Source: a virus
Taxonomy: Duplodnaviria > Caudoviricetes
IMG/VR virus record: IMGVR_UViG_3300031555_001437
Length of the DNA stretch: 64,000 nt
Direction: 5' to 3' (one strand)
The notes under the pieces are model-generated. The model worked only from the letters and a program-made list of their open reading frames with translations, did not search any database and was not told the DNA's origin. The position numbers were made by a program, and so were the translations under genes. This document shows positions 47,601 to 56,100 of this stretch, piece by piece (the first letter of the stretch is position 1; each line of letters starts with the position of its first letter).

Positions 47601-50600
47601 TGCCCCTGGTCTTATGAGTGCTGATGATAAGAAGAAGTTAGACAGTGTTGCAAGTGGGGCTAACGCATATAGTCTGCCTACTGCGTCTGCAAGCACTCTT
47701 GGTGGTGTTAAGGTTGGTACAAACCTGAGCATCTCGAATGGTGTTTTGTCTGCTAAAGATACAACATATAGTGCAGCGACTACGAGTGCGGCAGGTCTCC
47801 TGTCCGCAACTGATAAGTCAAAGCTTGACGGTATAGCTACTGGTGCGACGAAAATCACAGTAGATTCTGCGTTGAGCTCTTCTTCTACAAACCCTGTTCA
47901 GAATAAAGCAGTTAACGCTGCTTTGGAAGGAAAAGCTGATAAGTCACAAGCTATTTTCTATATTCAAGGCGGTGGCACTACTGATACTACTAATAAAGTA
48001 GCAACTTGGACTGGTTCTCATAGCGACATTACTGAGTATTATGATGGCCTCATGATTGCTTATAAAGTTGGAACTGCTGCTTCTACAACTACTACATTAA
48101 ATATTAACAACCTCGGCGCTGTTAAAGTTGTAAGAAACGTTACTACAGCAGTTTCTACTGCTTATGGTGTTCATGCTATTGTGCTGTTAACATACACCAC
48201 AGACAGTAGTGGAACTTCTTATTGGAAGGTTGCCGATTATGACAGCGACACCAAGACTCGTTCTTCAAATAAAGCAGATACAAAGATGTATATCATCGGC
48301 GCATCTTCTCAAAGTACAAGTGGTCAAACTACTTATAGTAACAGCAAGTGTTATATTGGAGCAGACAACTGCTTGTATAGTGACGGTAAAAAGGTTGCGA
48401 CAGCTGATGCAGCAACTGCTGACTCTGCAGGTTTAATGTCTGCTGAAGATAAAACTAAGCTTGACGGTATTGCGTCTGGAGCTAATAAGACAGTTGTAGA
48501 TAGTGCTCTGAGTAGCTCTTCTACAAACCCTGTGCAGAATAAAGTTGTTAATACTGCACTTGAGGAAAAGATGAATGCTACCAATCCAGTCGGAACTGGT
48601 TCATTCAGTATGAACAGAAAGAGTGGCACCGCCATTGGAACGAGGTCTTTTGCAGAAGGTCATGATACAACTGCTAGCGGAAATTATTCTCATGCAGAAG
48701 GTAGTGGTACGATAGCCCTAGGACTCAGATCTCACGCAGAAGGTAACAGTAGAACGGAGTCAGTTACGTTAACTGGTGCTGCCAATGTAAAAACCTATAC
48801 TTTTAGTAGTGCTTCTTCGATAAGAATTGGCAATATTATAAACTACGGAGATATATATGCCAAAGCTACGAGCATTGACACAACAAATAAGACGGTAACT
48901 TTAAATAAGACGTTGTCTGCCGATACTGCTTTATCGTCTGCTGGTGCAAAAATAATATATGGTATTGCTGTTGGACTAAACTCTCACTCAGAGGGTAATA
49001 GTACAACTGCTGGAGGGACTGATTCTCATGCAGAATGTTATAATACAATTGCTAGTGGAGATAATTCTCATGCAGAGGGTAGTACTACAATAGCTAGTGG
49101 AAGCAGCTCTCACGCAGAAGGTAGTACTACAATAGCTAGTGGATACTATTCTCATGCAGAGGGTTATGGCACAACTGCACAGAGCAAATCTCAGCATGTT
49201 CAAGGCGAGTATAATATCGTCGATACATCCGATAGTGTTGGCCTTCGTGGCAAATATGCTCACATTGTAGGTAATGGCTCTGCAGAAGACGCTCGTTCCA
49301 ACGCTCATACTCTAGATTGGAATGGTAACGGTTGGTTTGCGGGTCAATTAAAAGTTGGTGGCACTGGTCAAGATGACACTGCAGCTAAGACCGTAGCAAC
49401 GCTAAATGACATACCTGAGAATGTCCAATCCGACTGGAACCAGATGGATGAAACTGCGCCTGATTATGTAAAGAATAGAACACACTACTACAAGGTCATA
49501 GAAAATCCTATATTAGAGGAGACTGCATTAGAGTTTACTCCTGATAACAGCTACTATGTCGCAATAACGCCTAGTACTACATTGGTCGTAGGAAATACCT
49601 ACAAAGTTGTTTATGATGATGTAGAATATAAATTAACTGCTACTCTTGATGAAGTCAACAATACGGTGTGGTTAGGTAACGCTAGTATAGCATATGGTGA
49701 TCCTATCAGTGAAGAACCTTTCTTTATTGAAGGATTTTCCAATCAAAATCTGGCAGGTGTTTACCCTAAAGAAATAAGTGACGTTAACCTTGACTGGGTA
49801 ACAACATATACTCATACCATATCTATTTCCGAATACCATGAAGACCTCAAAAAACTCCCCGAACCAGTAATTCCTGACGAAATACCTCGTATGAAGGATG
49901 TACCTCATGTTGAAGGTAGCGGTAAGATTTTACTAGCAAGAGCTATAGAGCAAAAAAGAGCTAGTCAACAGGTTTTACTTGGTTTAAACGATACTCTGAA
50001 ACTTGAGTCAGATAAGACGTATGCTGTAATATATGATGGTGTCACATATAATACTATACCAGTAAGTACACAGGAAGGTTATATTGAGTTAGGTGCTATG
50101 TGGGACGAAAATACTTATGAGTATGACTACTCTGAATATCCCTTTAATATATACTACGACAGTGAAAGTCTCAAAACATATATAATATCTAGTGCTGTTG
50201 GTGAACATACAGTTACCATTAAAGAGGGTAGTATTCATAAACTAGATGCAGTGTTCCTACCAGACAATGTATTAATTGGTGAAAGTGAAACTGTAATATA
50301 CCATGAGACGTATAAATTTACTACTACAGCTAGAAAAGTCAATTCATCATATCCTATACAAGTAGACAAGGAATACACTGTTGTATTTGATGGTAATATA
50401 TATAAACTCACAGTTGATTATGATGAAGATAATGACGAATATCATATAGGAACGCTCCAGACTAATGGTTTTTATATTTATGGATATCCTGGTGAGTCCT
50501 GGCAAACTAGCGTTAAAACATATGGTTTCCATACAATTTCAATTAGTACAACAATTGCATCTAAAATGCCATCTAGTTTACCTGCAGTAACAGCAAGCGA

Positions 50601-50679
50601 TAACGGAGCTTTTCTTCGTGTCGTTGACGGCACATGGGCGGCAGTTCAATTACCTAATGTAGAGGAGGGTGAGTTTTGA
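44674..50679 (+). CDS. Giant mosaic fibre/adhesin, 2001 aa, with YadA-like head repeats
   Basis: Many GLMSAxDKxKLDG modules; SHAEGxxTxASG repeats at about 48640-49200; variable C-terminal domains. Confidence 0.8.
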   Translation: MSTKKIQIVGSLVPDVATSGQNGLMSSADKVKLDSIATGATNTVVDDALNDASTNPVQNKVISSKFNEVDAKFAEAKVFVAIYGVTTYQEVINAVNAGRVVQAKNEAGIIHNLAVAAAGEGCVFTQTEGMAVYALILTLDDQWEEGYIELPTADGYYTKDVIDQLLVNKADTTLATTTSQGLMSAEDKKKLNTIAEGATKVIVDSYLSTGSNNAISNAAVTERFMSLTPVMGYTDPSQSDYMSPAAVLSAATSGKTVYMIHQGNIDGLGTVIITFNNASLFYSLDGDGMYVVANQIVPQADGSYVNAQLKGILDETNSTSHWELSSEPIAKQSDVEQALSDYPLIGNTTELTPTQVAEAINAGRPICINHNDATYGLLTINYAGLAVDQQCVLASTIVYYAGNFMICELLGSLVDNQWQVMSTVVAEKTTATSSQDGLMSAADKSKLDGIATNANNYTLPSAGSSLGGVKSGGDVTISDGVITVKDDSHNHVISNIDGLQDALNAKATKDAASQSAAGLMSADDKKKLDGIATGATKITVDSALSSSSANPVQNKAVHAALADKADKNHPHDYIPTSQKGAASGVASLDSNGKVPTSQLPSYVDDVIEATSKSSFPATGETGKIYVDTSTNKTYRWGGSAYVEISASLAIGTTSSTAAAGNHIHSAATTSVAGLMSAADKSKLDGIASGANKYTHPTYTSKTSGLYKITVDGEGHVSGATAVAKSDITALGIPSSDTTYSAATTSAAGLMSASDKSKLDGIASGANAYTHPTYTAKGSGLYKVTIDASGHVSAATSVTKTDITALGIPSSDTTYSAATTSTAGLMSASDKSKLDGIASGATKYSHPTYTSKTSGLYKITVDGTGHVSSATAVAKSDITALGIPSSDTTYSAATTSSAGLMSAADKTKLDGVATGANNYTLPAAGSSLGGVKTGGDVTISDGVITVKDDSHNHVIANVDGLQDALNAKATKDVASQSAPGLMSADDKKKLDSVASGANAYSLPTASASTLGGVKVGTNLSISNGVLSAKDTTYSAATTSAAGLLSATDKSKLDGIATGATKITVDSALSSSSTNPVQNKAVNAALEGKADKSQAIFYIQGGGTTDTTNKVATWTGSHSDITEYYDGLMIAYKVGTAASTTTTLNINNLGAVKVVRNVTTAVSTAYGVHAIVLLTYTTDSSGTSYWKVADYDSDTKTRSSNKADTKMYIIGASSQSTSGQTTYSNSKCYIGADNCLYSDGKKVATADAATADSAGLMSAEDKTKLDGIASGANKTVVDSALSSSSTNPVQNKVVNTALEEKMNATNPVGTGSFSMNRKSGTAIGTRSFAEGHDTTASGNYSHAEGSGTIALGLRSHAEGNSRTESVTLTGAANVKTYTFSSASSIRIGNIINYGDIYAKATSIDTTNKTVTLNKTLSADTALSSAGAKIIYGIAVGLNSHSEGNSTTAGGTDSHAECYNTIASGDNSHAEGSTTIASGSSSHAEGSTTIASGYYSHAEGYGTTAQSKSQHVQGEYNIVDTSDSVGLRGKYAHIVGNGSAEDARSNAHTLDWNGNGWFAGQLKVGGTGQDDTAAKTVATLNDIPENVQSDWNQMDETAPDYVKNRTHYYKVIENPILEETALEFTPDNSYYVAITPSTTLVVGNTYKVVYDDVEYKLTATLDEVNNTVWLGNASIAYGDPISEEPFFIEGFSNQNLAGVYPKEISDVNLDWVTTYTHTISISEYHEDLKKLPEPVIPDEIPRMKDVPHVEGSGKILLARAIEQKRASQQVLLGLNDTLKLESDKTYAVIYDGVTYNTIPVSTQEGYIELGAMWDENTYEYDYSEYPFNIYYDSESLKTYIISSAVGEHTVTIKEGSIHKLDAVFLPDNVLIGESETVIYHETYKFTTTARKVNSSYPIQVDKEYTVVFDGNIYKLTVDYDEDNDEYHIGTLQTNGFYIYGYPGESWQTSVKTYGFHTISISTTIASKMPSSLPAVTASDNGAFLRVVDGTWAAVQLPNVEEGEF

Positions 50680-51707
50680 TGGCGGAATATCTTATTAGAG
50701 AAGAACAAGTAAAACAGTTAGCCGATATTGTAAGAGAGAAAAATGCTGATATTATGTTAGTTTCTGATAGAGATAATTTTAATATTAGCGAGTTACCTGA
50801 AGGTATTACTAGTATTGGTGATTATACATTCTATAACTGTACTAAATTAGCTTTAACATCTTTACCTGCAGGTGTTACTAGTATTGGTCATCAGACTTTC
50901 TATAACTGTACTAATTTAGCATTGACGTCATTACCTGAAGGTATTACTAGTATTGGTATTTATGCATTTGATGCTTGCCAGAACTTAGCATTAACATCTC
51001 TACCTGAAGGTATTACTAGTATTAACTTGAGGACATTCTACGGTTGTACTAATTTAGCATTGATGTCATTACCTGAAGGTATTACTGTTATTGGACAAGC
51101 CGCCTTCTATAACTGTACTAATTTAGCATTGACGTCATTACCTGAAGGTATTACTAGTATTGGTGATTATACATTCTATAACTGTACTAAATTAGCTTTA
51201 ACATCTTTACCTGCAGGTGTTACTAGTATTGGTAATAGTGCGTTCTCTAAGTGTTCTCATTTAGTACTAACATCTTTACCTGCAGGAATTACTAGTATTG
51301 GTGATTATGCATTTAATGGTTGTACTAATCTAGCATTAACGTCATTACCTGAAGGAATTACTAGTATTGGTGAAGGTGTTTTTTGGTCGTGTTCTAATCT
51401 AGCATTAACATCTCTACCTGAAGGAATTACTAGCATTGGTAATAGTGCGTTCTCTCAGTGTTCTAATCTAGAATTAACATCTCTACCTGAAGGAATTACT
51501 AGTATTGGTCGTCAGGCTTTCTATAACTGTGTCGGCCTAACAACTTTAACTTTCAAAGGTACACCTACATCAATTAATTCACAAGCATTTCAGAATTGTA
51601 CCAATCTAACAACAATCAACGTTCCATGGGCTGAGGGTGCAGTTGCTAATGCACCATGGGGAGCTACTAATGCTACTATAAATTATAACTATACGGAGGT
51701 AGGATAA
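50679..51707 (+). CDS. BspA-type leucine-rich repeat protein
   Basis: About 11 tandem 23-aa repeats LPEGITSIGxxAFxxCTNLALTS. Confidence 0.9.
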   Translation: MAEYLIREEQVKQLADIVREKNADIMLVSDRDNFNISELPEGITSIGDYTFYNCTKLALTSLPAGVTSIGHQTFYNCTNLALTSLPEGITSIGIYAFDACQNLALTSLPEGITSINLRTFYGCTNLALMSLPEGITVIGQAAFYNCTNLALTSLPEGITSIGDYTFYNCTKLALTSLPAGVTSIGNSAFSKCSHLVLTSLPAGITSIGDYAFNGCTNLALTSLPEGITSIGEGVFWSCSNLALTSLPEGITSIGNSAFSQCSNLELTSLPEGITSIGRQAFYNCVGLTTLTFKGTPTSINSQAFQNCTNLTTINVPWAEGAVANAPWGATNATINYNYTEVG

Positions 51708-51708
51708 T

Positions 51709-52392
51709 ATGGGTCTTACTTGGAGTCAGATTATATCACATGTAAGTAACATGGAATGTAAAGATAAATCTATTCTTAAAGAATTAATAGATGATACTAT
51801 TAGCATAAATACTCTTCCAGATAGATTTAATGATATTACTTATATTGCAGACAGTGCTTTCAGTGATTGTAAAAACTTAGCATTAACATCTCTACCTGAA
51901 GGAATTACTAGTATTGGTCGTCGGGCTTTCTATTATTGTACTAAGCTAGCCTTAACATCTTTGCCTGAAGGTATTACTAGTATTGGTGATGGTGCATTCA
52001 CTGGTTGTTCCAATTTAGCCTTAACATCTTTGCCTGAAGGAATTACTAGGATTGGTGATGGTTTTACATTCGCTGGTTGCACTAATCTAGCTTTAACGTC
52101 ATTACCTGAAGGAATGACTAGAATTGGTTCCTATGCTTTCCAGGGATGTCCCAATTTAGCATTAACGTCTCTACCTGAAGGAATTACTAGGATTGATTAT
52201 GGTGCTTTCTTTAACTGTAACGGTCTAACAACTTTAACTTTCAAAGGAACACCAAATTCAATTGCAGTTGACGCATTTTATAGTTGTACAAACCTAACAA
52301 CAATCAACGTTCCATGGGCTGAGGGTGCAGTTGCATACGCACCATGGGGAGCTACTAATGCTACTATAAATTATAACTATACAGGAGAATAA
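51709..52392 (+). CDS. BspA-type leucine-rich repeat protein (paralog)
   Basis: About 6 repeats of the same scaffold and a near-identical C-cap. Confidence 0.9.
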   Translation: MGLTWSQIISHVSNMECKDKSILKELIDDTISINTLPDRFNDITYIADSAFSDCKNLALTSLPEGITSIGRRAFYYCTKLALTSLPEGITSIGDGAFTGCSNLALTSLPEGITRIGDGFTFAGCTNLALTSLPEGMTRIGSYAFQGCPNLALTSLPEGITRIDYGAFFNCNGLTTLTFKGTPNSIAVDAFYSCTNLTTINVPWAEGAVAYAPWGATNATINYNYTGE

Positions 52393-52396
52393 GGAT

Positions 52397-52672
52397 ATGG
52401 AAATCAAAAAACTATATAAATACACTCGTCCAGATGGGGGCACTTCAACATCTCCTGTCCAGCCTGACGGCGAATACGTAGAAATGGTTCGTCTAGTTGC
52501 AGACGAAGGCAAAGTATTAACAAAAAACAACATCGAGTTTTATGCGTGTGTTGATACTGACTCTTCTGAAGGTTGGTATGAAGTAGATGACACTCAGAGC
52601 GATTTAAATAGTGACCCTGATGGTCAAATTTCAGATGATGAACTAATCGCTATGCTTGAGGAGGTACTATAA
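52397..52672 (+). CDS. Small hypothetical structural protein
   Basis: RLVADEGKVLT...W.EV motif. Confidence 0.7.
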   Translation: MEIKKLYKYTRPDGGTSTSPVQPDGEYVEMVRLVADEGKVLTKNNIEFYACVDTDSSEGWYEVDDTQSDLNSDPDGQISDDELIAMLEEVL

Positions 52673-52674
52673 TC

Positions 52675-53073
52675 ATGACTAGACAAGAAGCAAAAGCATT
52701 TATTATTGCCGCTGTAAAGCTTCGTGGTCTTGCAACTGATGAGATGTCTCTGCAAGTACCAAACCTCTATCCCACATGGAAAGAGGGCAAAAATTATATC
52801 GCAGGAGAAAGAGTTCTCTACAATGAGGTGCTTTATAAGGTTCTACAGGCACACACTTCTCAGGCTGACTGGACCCCTGCTGTTGCGACAAGTTTGTTCG
52901 CAAAGGTTCTTATTCCTGATGAGAACGTTATCCCTGAGTGGGAACAGCCTGATAGCACTAACCCTTACATGAAGGGTGATAAGGTAAAGTACAACGGTCA
53001 GACATATGTCTCCACTGTTGATAACAATGTTTGGGCTCCCGATGCGTATGGTTGGGAGTTATATACGGAGTAA
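52675..53073 (+). CDS. Carbohydrate-binding (CBM5/12-like) protein
   Basis: W....Y..GERV.YN..LYKVLQAHTSQADWTP and Y.KGDKV.YNG..Y.S..DNNVW.P modules. Confidence 0.8.
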   Translation: MTRQEAKAFIIAAVKLRGLATDEMSLQVPNLYPTWKEGKNYIAGERVLYNEVLYKVLQAHTSQADWTPAVATSLFAKVLIPDENVIPEWEQPDSTNPYMKGDKVKYNGQTYVSTVDNNVWAPDAYGWELYTE

Positions 53074-53083
53074 TTTTATTTAA

Positions 53084-53121
53084 GACCTGGGCTCCGAAAT
53101 ATGGGGCTCAGGTTATTTTTT
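53084..53121 (+). terminator. Intrinsic terminator
   Basis: GACCTGGGCTCC-loop-GGGGCTCAGGTT then a T tract. Confidence 0.7.
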
Positions 53122-53140
53122 AAGAAAAGGAGGGACTGCA

Positions 53141-56100
53141 ATGTTTGTTGTAACACACAGAAGAGCAACAAAGAAACAATGGGAAGAGTCAAATGTGATT
53201 CCAAAAGAGAGCGAACTGGTAGTTGAAGACTGTGAAGATGGAACTTTTAAAACAAAAATTGGCGACGGTATACATGTGTTTACAGATTTGCCATATCAAA
53301 ACTTAGACGAAGAACTTTCCGAACTCAAAACATACGTGGATGGTAAAGTTGTTGACGGTCTTTACTATGAAGACAACATGCTCTATCTAACTTTAAACGG
53401 AGAGATTGTCTCTGATCCAGTTGAAATAGTAGGTGGCGGTGGCGGCGGTGGTTCGTCTTATAGTATGCGTGTAATTAATGGTATGTCGTCAAGCACACTA
53501 ACCGTTGCAATTGCAGAGAAAATTCTGCTCAATGCGTCGTTTTATGAAGAGTATGGCGGTGTATCAACTGGAGTGAATGGTTCGCTTGAAGTGTACTATA
53601 AACTTGCATCCGAAGAAGAATGGAGTTTTCATAGCAAACAAACCGTTGCTCAAAACACACAATTCTCAGTTGATGTAGCAAATATTCTTGATAAAAGTTC
53701 TGTGACAAATATTCGGTTTGTAGTCACGGGTGGAGAATCTGGAATTGTGCGTACTCTAACATATAACATTACGCAGGTAGAGGCGAGTATTTCTGCAGTA
53801 AACTTTAGTAGTTCTGCCATCTACACTGGTAATATACCCTTCCAATACAAATGTGTTGGACGTAATTTACAAAAAACTGTTTATTTTGAAATAGACGGAG
53901 AGGTGTGTGATACGATTGATGTTGGCACAAGCCACAACGCAGTTTTGTCGCACACCATCAAGATGCTTGGTAATTATAGTTATGGAGCGCATGACTTAAG
54001 AGTATATTTCAAGACAAGTGAGGGCGCTATGTCTAATGTTCTTAGGTATGCTATTTTGTATGATAACAAAGAGTCTGCAGCTCCGATGATTGGTGTAGTT
54101 TGCCATAGTGACGAAATTACCTATGGAGATATTCTGAGTATTGATTATATTGTCTACACTCCTGGACAGGAAACCACTGACGAGCTTCAGATTCGAGTTT
54201 ATGACGATGATGCAATTTACGAGACTACGAGTCTTGTGAATGTGGCAAATAATACGCCATACACGTGGAACGGTACTTCGTATCCTGTTTCTGGCAAGGT
54301 GTATGTTGAATTTAAGAGTGGAGAAACTGTTAAAACTGTTTCGGTGTTGATTAATGAAATTCAGAGTGAATATGAGCTGGCTCAAGTCGCGACTAATCTT
54401 GTGTATAGCTATAGCGCAAACGGTAGAAGCAATAACGATGTCGGTAAAGAATTGTACGAGTGCAATTATACAACGTCTAATGGAGTACAAACCGTGATCG
54501 AGGGACGATTTAGCGGATTTAATTGGGTGTCAAACGGTTATATTGACCGTGAATCACTCACGCTTAGCGGAGATGCTCGACACACAATTGCGTTGCCTAT
54601 GTTCTCTACGAGTTATACAGACAGAGACGGGCAAACGGTCAATCTTGAAAGTGCAACTGGTGCTACTGTAACCACAAATGGCCGTACGTTTGAGATTGAG
54701 TTTAAGGTTAGCAACGTTACCGACAGTAACGCGCAAATTATTAAGTGTATGTCCGCAGAGCATGCTGGTTTTGTTGTGACACCACAGAATTGCTACTTGC
54801 TTTCTTCTAATGGCGCTAACGTGCAAACCGACGAGACTGGATTTATTGAGAATGAAGAAGGTATCGCTGCGGCATATATTCGAGACAACAAGCGCATCAG
54901 ACTCAGTTTTGTTATAGAACCAAAGGGCTCTATTAAATACACTCTTGAGGATGGGACCGAAATGTCTGGCCAGTGCGTAAACATTTACATTAACGGCCAG
55001 TATGCAAACTCATATGTATATCCAGATGGTGCAAGATTTACGAGCTCAGAATATATTACAATGGGTAGTAATACATGTATTCTTAATGTATATGATGTGC
55101 GCGTGTATAATCGTGGCTTGAGCGAGGCGGAAATTCTTCAAAACTATAAAGCATCGCCTCTTTCTGTTCAAGATAAAATCTTGAGATTTGAAGACAACGA
55201 CATCTTAACTGATGATGGAGATGTCGATTATTATAAAGCAATTAACAAATATCCGTGCCTGCTTATCACTGGTCCACTTTCTCCTTATAAGGGCGCCAAC
55301 GGTGTCAAGATGGAGGGCAAAGTTGAGTCTGGGGTAACACTGACAAGGCCAAACGGCAGTGGAGGTCACACTGTTGAATTTGACTTGCTTGACAAGGACG
55401 TAGCAGGAAACTGGGTAAGTTGTAACAACGTACAAGGTACATCTTCTGTTAAATTTCCTATAAAGAACTATAAAGTTTATCTTGTTCAGGTTTTATATAA
55501 TGAGGATGGTACGCCACAGACGGAAACAAACGATGAAGGTAAGATAAAGGTAAAAACTAAAAAAGTTAAATATTCCTTAAAAGGTAAAGATGATGAAGGC
55601 AATGATTTATCTATTGGAGAAAGCACTCTTTGTTGGAAGGGCGACTACATGTCGTCTGACCACGCAAACACCTTTAATGCAAATCTTGCCGATTCTCTGT
55701 TTGATGATATCCTTGAAGCTCAGCGAGAAGATCCGCGTGTACAGAATACGGTGTATGGATTTAGATGTCTGCTATTCCGTAGGGACGACATTGGCAAGCC
55801 GATTGAGTTTGCTGGCGATGGAGCACTCAATAACGACAAGGGCAACACTAAAACATTCGGTCTTGAATGTGAGGGTGACAAAGGCAATGCAACCAAACGT
55901 CAGAAGTGGGAGTTCTTGAATAATACAGAGCCCCTGACCTCATTCCAGACGGATAGATTTTTTGAAGAGATTATTTCTGAGGGCAAAACTGTTCTTCGTG
56001 TAACACAGGGTCTTGAGTCAACGTATCCAGACCAGGGCGACCTCAAAGACAAAGGGCTTACCCCGAAATACGATTACATTCAAACCTTGTATGCGTGGGT

